In this document: positions 1 through 10,000 of the stretch, piece after piece
Layout: each line of letters opens with the position of its first letter
Numbering within the stretch: position 1 is the stretch's first letter
Virus genome (UHGV): UHGV-0367612
DNA from: a virus
Strand: one strand, 5' to 3'
DNA length: 64,000 nt
Program-made: the position numbers and the translations under genes
The notes under the pieces: generated by a model
The model's input: only the letters and a program-made list of their open reading frames with translations
What the model was told of the DNA's origin: nothing
Databases searched by the model: none

Positions 1-41
1 TGGAATTTCTTTCTAGGGTTTGAAAAATTTGCCATGTTGTT

Positions 42-1664
42 TTATGCTATTTCGATTCCTACTTCACCATCGCCTTGTACAAGCATGATGTTCAATGTTA
101 CTTCAATCATTGGTACAATCAACCAAAGTTTCAGATAAGCTTTGTACTTACCCATTTGTACATCGTTCTTCTGGTTAACAACCAAAGTATCCAGAGAACT
201 TGCATCCTGATCTCCCAAGTATTCATACTTCCAAAGAGCTCTGGAAGAAGTTCTTGCCAAGTTATCAAGGAACGGTCTGATTTGATTCCACATGTTTTTG
301 AATGTCACAGTATCACAAGGTTCTTTCAGATAAGAACGGTATACCGGCAACATGGTATTCTTGATGTAGAATACCAAGAACATGGATGATACAAATGAGA
401 GAGCTGAGTTTGTCTTCTGAGAAGTATAAGATGATGTCCACTCAATTGCACCATCACGGTAAACCATTGCATTGATTCCATGATTTGCAAGAGTATTCAA
501 CTCTGAGATCCTAGCTGGAGTACCAAAGTTTTGTACTACTCCAAGTGCATTCAATACAGTTGCACTTTGTTTTGATGCGGGATCAAACCAAGCTCCTCTG
601 TTGTTGTGAGTCCATACTGTCAAACCAATGGTATCGGCTATTTCGTCCAACTCAATCTCAGTATCGGTTGCGGTATCATAATGACGAATACCGCCGGTGG
701 AGATTTGAGCATACTCGGTATCTCCAATTGCTTCATCTTTCTCAGTACAAGCTTCTTCTGCTTTACCAGGTACTGCCAATACAGAACCATAGTATACCAT
801 ATCCTGTCTCAACGTTGCGTAGGCAACACCGGCAGTATGGATGGCATCAATTCTTGCCCCAGGTACTGCAACAATCATTGAATCTGATACAGTGTCAAAA
901 GCATGGAATCCATTGTCTGTACCATCTCCAATAAAGTCAGCATCAACTACTGCCGCACCATCTGACCCACCAGTAAATGCAGTGGTTGCCGGTACAATAG
1001 CAATTGTTGCCTCTGCAGGTACTGTAGGTTCTGTTTCAGCTTTTGTGAATGTGGCGATTGATGATAACTTGTTAAGGTTATTCAAAAAGGTTTGTTTTGC
1101 CCATTCAATATTCGGATCAGGAAGTGGTACTGCAGAATAACTCTCACTCAAGTCTGGGTTGTTAGGCCAAACCAATTTCAAGTCAAAAGCTTTCGGGTTA
1201 CCGTTCGTTGAAGCAGATACCACTACCTGAATACCATTGTAATCTGCTCCGGCATATTTGGGTTGTACCTTGAAAATTTCTGTGGGTGTTGCTGAACCAC
1301 CTTTTGGGGTGATATTCATCTTCACTGAAATGGCAGTGGCTTTCTTTGCCTCAACTTCTTCTGCCGTTTCACTCTGTCCGGCTCTATGAGTTATACGGTT
1401 AATTCTCAACCGAGCTCCATAAGCCAACATTCTCTGTACGTAGATATGGAACTTATCCAATCCTTTCGCATCTGCAGCGAACATGCTTTTTGGAGCGGCA
1501 CCACCATAGAGAGCCTCAAATTGATTCATTGTGGAAATTAAGATTGAGGGATCATTGATAGGCCCTCTTCTCGTAACTCCACTTACACAAACTATCCCAG
1601 TGGCTGGTGTCGATGCCTGTTGGGTAAAGTCCTGTACGTTTACATTAACTACTGGAGTATTCAT
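42..1664 (-). CDS. putative tail sheath protein
   Basis: 540 aa. N-terminus 'TGIVCVSGVTRRGPINDPSILISTMNQFEALYGG' fits the conserved sheath N-terminal pattern (G.a.rGP.n.P.l..S...F...fG). Lies at the distal end of the structural block. Confidence 0.5.
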   Translation of the reverse strand: MNTPVVNVNVQDFTQQASTPATGIVCVSGVTRRGPINDPSILISTMNQFEALYGGAAPKSMFAADAKGLDKFHIYVQRMLAYGARLRINRITHRAGQSETAEEVEAKKATAISVKMNITPKGGSATPTEIFKVQPKYAGADYNGIQVVVSASTNGNPKAFDLKLVWPNNPDLSESYSAVPLPDPNIEWAKQTFLNNLNKLSSIATFTKAETEPTVPAEATIAIVPATTAFTGGSDGAAVVDADFIGDGTDNGFHAFDTVSDSMIVAVPGARIDAIHTAGVAYATLRQDMVYYGSVLAVPGKAEEACTEKDEAIGDTEYAQISTGGIRHYDTATDTEIELDEIADTIGLTVWTHNNRGAWFDPASKQSATVLNALGVVQNFGTPARISELNTLANHGINAMVYRDGAIEWTSSYTSQKTNSALSFVSSMFLVFYIKNTMLPVYRSYLKEPCDTVTFKNMWNQIRPFLDNLARTSSRALWKYEYLGDQDASSLDTLVVNQKNDVQMGKYKAYLKLWLIVPMIEVTLNIMLVQGDGEVGIEIA

Positions 1665-1710
1665 CTTTAACTTTTTAAGGGTTTATGATATTTAATTTTA
1701 GTATTGTCAT

Positions 1711-2427
1711 TTACTTCACTTGGAAGTATAGATTTGATTCGTTTATTTGTACCAAGTCCATGAAAAGGTTAACCTCCAAAAGTGGTGATATCTTATCAGG
1801 ATAAGTCTTAACTATAACTACATCCCAAGCATCTGGTATGTTATACCGGTATACATCTTCTTGGCAGTTGTTCTCTGGACTAGGGTACATGTTAGAGGTT
1901 AATAATTCACAGAAAAAGGTTGGTAACTCTTCAGGTAACTCTATACCATCATATACCATTTTTGTTATCTTATGGAATCCCCTTCTTGGTATTGCCTTAG
2001 CTAATATAGCATTCAATACCCTGCCTTGGTCTATACTGTTGTAGACAAGGTGGATGTTCATCACATAATTAACTGGTTGCGGTGGTAGTTCATGTCTTCT
2101 GAAATTACCATCTGTGTCCAATGTATATTGGGTTCTACCCCATTGTCCGAATTCACCAGGAATACATTGTACTGTCCTTACTACCATCCTGGCAAATTTC
2201 TTCTCTCCCATTTCAACTGGGCTAAGGTTACTCAACACATCAATACAAAAACCCTTATCACTAACCACCCTCTCCTGAGCTTTGACATAATCTGCATACC
2301 CTTGTTTAGTTCTTGGATACTTTGTGATATCAGGCATGTAGCCATAATTCACTGCTTCTAGTCTTAAGTTCTCAACTAAAGTTCTCTCTATTAATGTTTG
2401 AGTAATTGATAAACTAGTTTCAGCCAT
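1711..2427 (-). CDS. hypothetical virion/tail protein
   Basis: 238-aa ORF in the structural operon. No recognisable motif. Confidence 0.3.
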   Translation of the reverse strand: MAETSLSITQTLIERTLVENLRLEAVNYGYMPDITKYPRTKQGYADYVKAQERVVSDKGFCIDVLSNLSPVEMGEKKFARMVVRTVQCIPGEFGQWGRTQYTLDTDGNFRRHELPPQPVNYVMNIHLVYNSIDQGRVLNAILAKAIPRRGFHKITKMVYDGIELPEELPTFFCELLTSNMYPSPENNCQEDVYRYNIPDAWDVVIVKTYPDKISPLLEVNLFMDLVQINESNLYFQVK

Positions 2428-2432
2428 TGGGA

Positions 2433-3032
2433 TTATAATTTTTTAAATGCTCGAACTCTCTGAGCAATAGATCTATTCAAATATTGGGATAACCCTCTAT
2501 TACCACCGAGTTTCTCGTATGTTCTACTAAAGAATGGTCTGGCTGGAGTTCTCCCAGTTCCACCTTCCAAGAACCTCGCATATTCATCTACAGTTACCTG
2601 GTTAGCATACACTTCAGAAATCATGGCATTAGGAGGAATTATATCACGAGGAGTATTCTTTAAAATACCAACCTGTACTAACCCATACCTACCACCCTGA
2701 ATCTTTCTGATAGAGTTTAGTAAATTACCCATCATGTAACCGGCATGATCTGCTCTTTGATCACTCACATAGGTTTTTTTCTTGGCAGCATACAATGGAG
2801 AGTTTTCATCTATACCTATCTCAGCTCCCCCAGTTCTAATATACCTTTTAAGTTGGTGATAATATTTATCTGCGAATGAGGATTGACCTTCTCTAACAGC
2901 ATTAGAAATCTCAGGACCCATGTTCATAAAACGATCAAGGGTATTGAGATCTCCCAATACCCTAATCTCTAAACTTCCAAAGCCTAGATTCCTATTCGAT
3001 ATTTTCCTATAATTAGGATCTTCACGTGCCAT
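2433..3032 (-). CDS. hypothetical virion/tail protein
   Basis: 199-aa ORF, tightly packed in the structural operon. Confidence 0.3.
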   Translation of the reverse strand: MAREDPNYRKISNRNLGFGSLEIRVLGDLNTLDRFMNMGPEISNAVREGQSSFADKYYHQLKRYIRTGGAEIGIDENSPLYAAKKKTYVSDQRADHAGYMMGNLLNSIRKIQGGRYGLVQVGILKNTPRDIIPPNAMISEVYANQVTVDEYARFLEGGTGRTPARPFFSRTYEKLGGNRGLSQYLNRSIAQRVRAFKKL

Positions 3033-3589
3033 TATATTTCAGTGTTTTCTTTCTCAGCTCTTTTTAAGATTAACCGATAAAGAAGTGGGTTGTCCCCTGC
3101 CTGAGCAACTGGTTTATCTCCAGAAGGCCTGTACTTAATACCATCAAGGTAAAAGTAATCCCTTACAGAGTCCATATCCATCGCAAGGTCTTCTTCTGTT
3201 TCCCCACGAGTATATCCCAATTCTTTAAGGTATTTAAGGTTTATATACACTACCACATGTTCTTCATCAAAAGTACCAGTGGTAGTCTCGGTATTTAGAG
3301 GCCAATTCTTTATGGTATCATACATCACGAGAACTTTTATTTCTCGTTGTTCCCATTTAGAATTTTTATCTGTATTCTCACCAAACTGGTTCATTGAGAA
3401 AAGGTAATGATACCAAGTCAACTTATTCCTGAAAGCATCATGTCGGAATTTGTTGATGATATTCTTATACCTATTCCAATTCTTAATACCTACGTAAGCC
3501 ATGGAACCTCCTCCTGTTTCCAGTGAATTTTTGTACTCGTGGGCCAGATACTTTGAATCTGTTGTTATATAGGCTTCTATCATCATCAC
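3032..3589 (-). CDS. hypothetical virion/tail protein
   Basis: 185-aa ORF. Starts with MMM inside the 3' end of the upstream ORF, overlapping it by 107 nt. Confidence 0.3.
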   Translation of the reverse strand: MMMIEAYITTDSKYLAHEYKNSLETGGGSMAYVGIKNWNRYKNIINKFRHDAFRNKLTWYHYLFSMNQFGENTDKNSKWEQREIKVLVMYDTIKNWPLNTETTTGTFDEEHVVVYINLKYLKELGYTRGETEEDLAMDMDSVRDYFYLDGIKYRPSGDKPVAQAGDNPLLYRLILKRAEKENTEI

Positions 3590-4052
3590 AGTAAGGTACT
3601 TTAATACCTATCCTACTTGCCATAGAACATATTCCCTTAAACAACATATCCATCACAGAACCATTTTGCCCATTTGAAGATAATAAATCTTTCAATGCTG
3701 TAGAGGTAGAATAGAACTCTACCTTAGTTGGGCCAGTCTCAATACTTTTAATATTTCCCCCATCAGGTTCTGAGTCTGGGTCTACCTCTGTTTCTCTGTT
3801 TGTATTACTACTTCCCCCTATGAAAGCTATGAATGATCCCATAGCTGCCATCTGAAAAGCATCATATACTACTAACTTCGCGATTAATGAGTTACACATA
3901 TCCTCGAAGTTTTCGCAACGTAACTCCTCTGGAATTGATTTGAAGCCTGGCTCCATAAACAATTCCCAATATTTCTTTTTACCTTGTACCCATTTAGAAT
4001 CAAGGGATAGGTTACCAGGAACCTCAAGGTCTATGTATTCATTAATTGTCAT
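3483..4052 (-). CDS. hypothetical virion/tail protein
   Basis: 189-aa ORF. Its 3' end overlaps the next ORF in the +1 frame. Confidence 0.3.
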   Translation of the reverse strand: MTINEYIDLEVPGNLSLDSKWVQGKKKYWELFMEPGFKSIPEELRCENFEDMCNSLIAKLVVYDAFQMAAMGSFIAFIGGSSNTNRETEVDPDSEPDGGNIKSIETGPTKVEFYSTSTALKDLLSSNGQNGSVMDMLFKGICSMASRIGIKVPYCDDDRSLYNNRFKVSGPRVQKFTGNRRRFHGLRRY

Positions 4053-4459
4053 AAGTCTATCTCAATCCAAACTTGTTCTTTTCTTTCGATGGCCTCATTG
4101 ATTCTCTTGTTCAACTCATCTGAGTATTTCCTTGAGTTAATCAATTGGCCTTTTTTCTTGTTCTCTCCCACCAAGATACATCCTAAAGTATCCTTAGGAG
4201 TATTACCAGGGTGTATCATGATACCGGTGAATTGTGGTACATTCTCTAAGTAAGGCATTACCCTTTTAAACTTAGAAGACATAGACATCACCACCTTATA
4301 TTTACCAGCTGGGATAGCTGTTTCTCCATAGACCTTCTTCTCACTGTTCAGGTCTCTTACCTTATCCTCTAACGTATCAGAGAATTTCTCACCATCTACC
4401 ATCAGAACTCCAATAGTATAGGTATCTTTTTTGTATAGCCTTTTAACTTCTAGCAACAT
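4049..4459 (-). CDS. hypothetical protein, possible cell-wall-active enzyme domain
   Basis: 136 aa. Segment 'IMIHPGNTPKDTLGCILVG' with His...Gly-Cys loosely resembles the His/Cys catalytic loop of L,D-transpeptidase/YkuD-type folds. Weak evidence. Confidence 0.2.
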   Translation of the reverse strand: MLLEVKRLYKKDTYTIGVLMVDGEKFSDTLEDKVRDLNSEKKVYGETAIPAGKYKVVMSMSSKFKRVMPYLENVPQFTGIMIHPGNTPKDTLGCILVGENKKKGQLINSRKYSDELNKRINEAIERKEQVWIEIDL

Positions 4460-5198
4460 TTTTGTATATATTATCTATGAACTCTGATCTTAATTGCTTG
4501 TAGAATATCTCTACGTTATTTTTAGCAACACGAGCATTATACCCGTCTTCGCAATATATTTGTTTTAACATTACTTCTTTCAATCTCTCTTTCCAGTTCT
4601 CTGGGATAAAGAAGCTTAATGGAGAGCCCTTGAATTTAAAACTCAAGGCTCTCTCTCGATCGTAAGCGACTATATTTGATGACAAAAGCTCAACTTTCTT
4701 TTCTATAGCTTCTCTGTTATCTATATGATTATCCCTTATAATTTGCTCCAAATAATTCACAACCCTTAATTGGCTTTTAGCAAAAAACATATCAGATAGA
4801 TCATCTACTTGCTTTGAAGAAATCTCATCTGATACCCCCTCTACTAAAGTTCTCAGTAACTGGGTGTGACCTTGTAAAAGGTTTCCTTGATCAATTAAAG
4901 TATTTCTCAACTCAGTTAACTGACCAATGTATTCCTTGTTAAAGGCATCTGATTTCCTGTTGTCCCTTATCATGTTAAGGAACATCACTATAAATCCTAT
5001 AAACAGGATTGCCATGGCAACTACCATGGCTGATTGTTCGTTTATTAACTTTGACATATTACCAACAGCATCTACTGTCTGTTGTAATCCTTCTTGTGGT
5101 GACAGTTGTAAAATCATTTTAGTTTGGTTATTAAAAGATTGGGAGGAGTATAAAAACCAGGCTAAAACTCCTCCCAAGTGGTGTGTGAAAGAACTCAA
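4443..5198 (-). CDS. membrane-anchored coiled-coil protein
   Basis: 251 aa. Hydrophobic helix 'AMVVAMAILFIGFIVMFLNMI' near the N-terminus, followed by a long predicted coiled-coil. Confidence 0.3.
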   Translation of the reverse strand: MSSFTHHLGGVLAWFLYSSQSFNNQTKMILQLSPQEGLQQTVDAVGNMSKLINEQSAMVVAMAILFIGFIVMFLNMIRDNRKSDAFNKEYIGQLTELRNTLIDQGNLLQGHTQLLRTLVEGVSDEISSKQVDDLSDMFFAKSQLRVVNYLEQIIRDNHIDNREAIEKKVELLSSNIVAYDRERALSFKFKGSPLSFFIPENWKERLKEVMLKQIYCEDGYNARVAKNNVEIFYKQLRSEFIDNIYKNVARS

Positions 5199-5224
5199 TT
5201 ATAATTTTTAAAGTCTCGTATCAG

Positions 5225-7024
5225 TTATATTTGCCTAAACCCATCTTCAAAGTTGGATTGTTTAATTACTGTGAATTGGTTCATGTCGTAATAAGTATTT
5301 AAAAGTAACATGTATAATAATATTGTTTTACCATCAGTCTCAGTAATACTATCCCAAGCACCCTCTGTAGTTTCTGCCCCAGATTGTACATTACCTCTTA
5401 GAGCACCTGGGTTTACAAGAAATACCACTGGGTAGTTATTTGTCCATGGTCTATGGGCTGTTACAACTCCTCCCATATTCTTATCTGTATCACCAGTTGA
5501 ATCATACAGAATAGTTAATAGTGCTACTGGATCCTCTACGTCAGTGAATACAAGTTCTTGATTTAAGAGGTCCATAAATACTATTGAACCACTTATCAAA
5601 TTTGTACTACCACCGTTTCTATGATAAGCTGGTAAAGCTTGTAATACCCAATTACTCAAAGTTTGTTGGGTATATGATGATTGTCCACCATATAATATCC
5701 TTAATCTAATATCATATAGTTTGGATGTCTGGGTAATCTTTACAGTGATTGTCTGCTCAGAATCAAATCCAGGTAAGTATGCTACAACTGTGTTGTTACC
5801 AACAATAAAAGCATTCTTTGGTATTAAGAAAACTGTACCAGAACCATCTACATTGAAATTCAATCTACCAAGGTTACAAGCTGTATGTATGTACTCTGTA
5901 CCTCTCACAGTAAACTTATACCCAGTTGCCCCACCTCCCCTTATACTTGAATCTAGAGACCTGTTAATATAAAATTTAATATAATCATCTGTGACAGTAG
6001 ATATGTCAAGTTCTATGGTTGTTGCTTTTTCTCCATTAGGTTTAACCCTGTTATCAATACAATCAAACCTATTGGTTATCATACTAGATATAGACCCACC
6101 ACTACATACAAAAACCCCACTGTGTTTTAAACTATTTATAGGTAAATATCCTCCTGTATATGAACCTATCATATTACCTATATACCTGTTAAATACAATC
6201 TTCTTCTCTGCATCTGTTAATTTTCTATTCCATAATACAAAATCCTGTATATCTCCACACCACCAGTCCTTTGGAGTACCTGTAGTTTGAAAACATCTCC
6301 CTAACCAGATGTTACCGTCCCAACCTCTATCTCTATCATTATAGTTCACATTACCTTTTTGGGCAGTTGTTAAATAAGTACCATACCTATACCCATTAAG
6401 ATACATACCTCTTCCTTCTAATGTACTATCAAACTCTAATAACAGGTGCATCCATATACCCAAAGTTTGTGGCCATACATCTGAGTTTATACAATAACTG
6501 CCATTAACGTTTGGACTCACTTGGTTTTTTGGATATTGTTGGAATTGAAATCCTTTAGATAAATCTTTACCATCTCTTGCTGCTACAGCGTAACCTAATC
6601 CAATAGAATTGTTACCAGAAATAACTCCTCCCATTAATCCATTCCTTGTAGTTTCTTGAGTTACTACTTGAGGATTTATTAACACTGATATAGTGAATGG
6701 TCCAACTACTTTCGCTGCGGCATTTAAGGCTACAGCAAATTGGCACATACATTGAAGTGACTTTCTACCATCTATACCCTCACCCCAAAAGGTAGTACCT
6801 GTAGAACCAATTGGGTTGTTATTATTACCAGAGTAATCTAATAAATCTCCATTTAATGGCATTAATATAGTTGGATTTAATCCTATAATAGGATCGTCTG
6901 GCCACACTTGTACCACCGTGTTACCGGTGGTACATATCCCTATCTTCTTTATGGTTTTCTTTGCCCCAGTGGAATCTACTAACATCCCAGCTTTGAGCGA
7001 TTGATTTGCTATCTTTATTCCCAT
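5225..7024 (-). CDS. tail fiber / receptor-binding protein
   Basis: 599 aa, Gly/Asn/Thr-rich and beta-rich. Sits immediately downstream of the giant fiber gene. Confidence 0.4.
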   Translation of the reverse strand: MGIKIANQSLKAGMLVDSTGAKKTIKKIGICTTGNTVVQVWPDDPIIGLNPTILMPLNGDLLDYSGNNNNPIGSTGTTFWGEGIDGRKSLQCMCQFAVALNAAAKVVGPFTISVLINPQVVTQETTRNGLMGGVISGNNSIGLGYAVAARDGKDLSKGFQFQQYPKNQVSPNVNGSYCINSDVWPQTLGIWMHLLLEFDSTLEGRGMYLNGYRYGTYLTTAQKGNVNYNDRDRGWDGNIWLGRCFQTTGTPKDWWCGDIQDFVLWNRKLTDAEKKIVFNRYIGNMIGSYTGGYLPINSLKHSGVFVCSGGSISSMITNRFDCIDNRVKPNGEKATTIELDISTVTDDYIKFYINRSLDSSIRGGGATGYKFTVRGTEYIHTACNLGRLNFNVDGSGTVFLIPKNAFIVGNNTVVAYLPGFDSEQTITVKITQTSKLYDIRLRILYGGQSSYTQQTLSNWVLQALPAYHRNGGSTNLISGSIVFMDLLNQELVFTDVEDPVALLTILYDSTGDTDKNMGGVVTAHRPWTNNYPVVFLVNPGALRGNVQSGAETTEGAWDSITETDGKTILLYMLLLNTYYDMNQFTVIKQSNFEDGFRQI

Positions 7025-7035
7025 AATATTTCTAT

Positions 7036-10000
7036 TTATCCTACTTCAAAATAGATGTTCCCTGCCGTACCAGTTGTGGGTAATGTAGTTACTATATTTA
7101 AAGTATAACCACCCCACTTTGTTGAATTATCAGCCTTACCATTAAGATCACCTATAAATTTATTAGCGTAAATACTAGCCAAATTATTTGACCTATCACC
7201 TTTCAAGAACCTGTAGTATGATATAGGGTTTGTTACTGCTTTTGTCTTACCTGAAAAGTTAATGTTAAGTATTGTTCCAGCACTACCACTCCCGTTTAAT
7301 ATCCCCACATCTGGGATGAAATTAAATTGGTTCTCACCTACTATAAAATCATTATTGGCATCTTCTCTAGCCACCCCAGATATCTCGGAAGCTGTGTATG
7401 TGGGTTTTGTTGCTGCTTTAGCCCAACTATATACATCACTTGCAGGCATAGATGAAGGGAAATCAGTGATTTGTGATTTGGTATGAGTATGAGCTGATGG
7501 CGTAAAGGTTGATGGTTTTCCAGTTATAGAACCCCAGGCTATTGATGGTTTCACTACAGGAGGAGTTGTCAACTGTGTTACAGCAGATAGATCAGTTAAG
7601 AAACTTACTGTAACTCCAGATAATACAGTATTATATGCTGAGTAACCCCTATCTATCTCATTAACCCATACTTGTGGATAAGCCCATGAGTCACCAGATG
7701 AACCGATTATGATAGCACAATGTCCATTATAATAACCTAACCTTACAGTATACTCATATCCTTCTATTGTACATGTGGTATTCACCCATGAGGAACCTGA
7801 GTAATTATAACCCCAAATATGTATACGTGAAGATTTACCAGTAAAGTAATGAAATATTGTCACAATATAGTGGGCCATCGTTGAAATCCAACCGTACGGA
7901 AGCTCTATTACTATTGCCCCGGTTTTATCTGTACTAGCTACATGTCCCCCTAAATCATGGAATATAGCATTCTCCTCGAATGTATCTGGATTTAATCCCC
8001 TAATAGCTATTTGTTTACCAGCTATAAATCCTCTAGCATCACCTGAAGCTTTACTTATCTCAAAGTCGGGTGTCCTACCCATCATTGAGTTAGCAGTAAC
8101 TCCATTAGTTAAATCCAACCCTGCGTGCCACCTTAACCTTGTCACATTATTTTTTGCCCAAATAGCAACACACTCATTACCTTGAGTATCATACCCTATA
8201 CCTCCACCATAAGCACCTCCCAAATCATTACCCCTAAAGTTTAAGGTTTTACCATTATTAATATTGATATTCCCTTTTGAATATATACCCAATGAAGGTA
8301 CTTTAGTGTAATCTGCCCAACTATCTGATACAAGTAAGTCCTTGATATTAATCCCTTTAGCAGTGTTTCTACCAGCAACTATACGACCTCCACCATCTGA
8401 ATAAGAATACCAACCAAAGTCTGCTGTTGCCCCGATCTGTAATCCAGATATAGCTCTTATTAATCCAGCTGTTATTCCAGCATAAGTACCACCAGTACCG
8501 TTATAAAAATTATAGGTAGTAATGGCTGCTCCATCCTGAGTACCTAACCCATTTCTATAGTTAATAGCTACGGTTGTTTGAGTTTTATTGGCAAAGTTAA
8601 ATTCATTACCATGAGATATCATGTTATTGTCACTTGCTCTAATAGCGAAATCTACATCTCTAGTTAACTCAGATACCTTACTTGGAATTGCCACTGAAAC
8701 AGCTGCAGAACCATTATAGGTTTTGGATTGATATCCTGTAAATGTAAGGGCATAAGGATTGGGTAATGATCCTGGTATACTTGGGATTGTAGGCTTATCA
8801 CTTAAGTCATTATAACTACCAGAAGTAGCTACAGTAGCAAATGTGGGTTTCCCTTGTAGTGTTGCCCAAGTAGGATATGCTGGAAGGTTTCCTGAATGGT
8901 AGATGATTTTTGATCCCCATTGTACTTTATCAGGATACACTCTCAATGTATTTTCACTGCTGTACTCATTACCCTCAGTACCAAAAAATAAGTAATTAGG
9001 TACTTCTCCATTTCCAAAAATACCCAATGTACCTATAACATCCCTACTACCAGTTGCAGCCTTGGTATGTCTAAAATAAAACCCATAAGACCAACCTCCA
9101 GTTCTAGTACACAATGCACTAACAGATTCCCCAAACATGGGGGAGTCACCCTCTTTATAATATTTTGTTAGGTCAGAAGTCTGTACTGGATTAGGTAGGT
9201 TGTAAGCATCCCAAATTTTGTAGTTAACATTATTCCTTCTGTGGATAAGGTCGTTAGCCGCTGATCTTATGTAAGTTGTACCTAGGGATGTACTAATGTA
9301 ATTCTCACTACCATTAAAGGCTAATAGAGCATATCCAGAAGCGTTATATATACCCCCAGTTGTTAAATTTGCCCCACCATCTTTTAACCATAGAGGTCCT
9401 ATATTCCTTCCACCTGCAATAGGGATGTAATTAGCTAAGTCGGTTGTACTTGCAGGAGATGGAAGGTTTAAGGCATCCCAAATGGCATAATTTGTACTAC
9501 CAATCTTGTGTTGTAAAGCTGTATTATTTGCTGATTCTATGTATGTACCACCAGAATTAGAACCAAAGTACTTATTCCCAACACTATCTACACTTAATAA
9601 TTGTTCTGATCCATTACGGAGAGTCCAAGATCTTTGTGGTACATACAAATCACCAGTCATGGCATGAGAAGATCCACCTGATCTAGGGATATAATTAGTT
9701 CTAATATCTGTTAAATCATCAAGGATATTCTGGATAATGTCTGGGTTATTTTGTAAAGCCTCAGCTAATTCTCCCAAAGTATCCAATACATCTGGAGCAT
9801 CACCTATAAGGTCTTGGATTTTCTGAAGTACAAAATCCTCGGTAGCCTTAGCATCCCATGTATCTTTATCCTGTTTGGTTACGTGAACGTTGGCATTTGC
9901 TATGTGAGTAAGTATGGGTTGAATCCTACTCAACTCTGATTGAGTGATAACATCCAGAGTGGTGTCGTCTATTGGGTCTACAGAGATACATACTCTATCA

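Noticed and set aside
841-1140. Plus-strand ORFs antisense to large minus-strand genes (e.g. 545..934, 841..1140, 7262..7486, 9944..10450, 13367..13693, 54571..54954, 58817..59152)
   Set aside because: They lie fully inside long, well-supported minus-strand genes and have biased low-complexity compositions typical of antisense frames.
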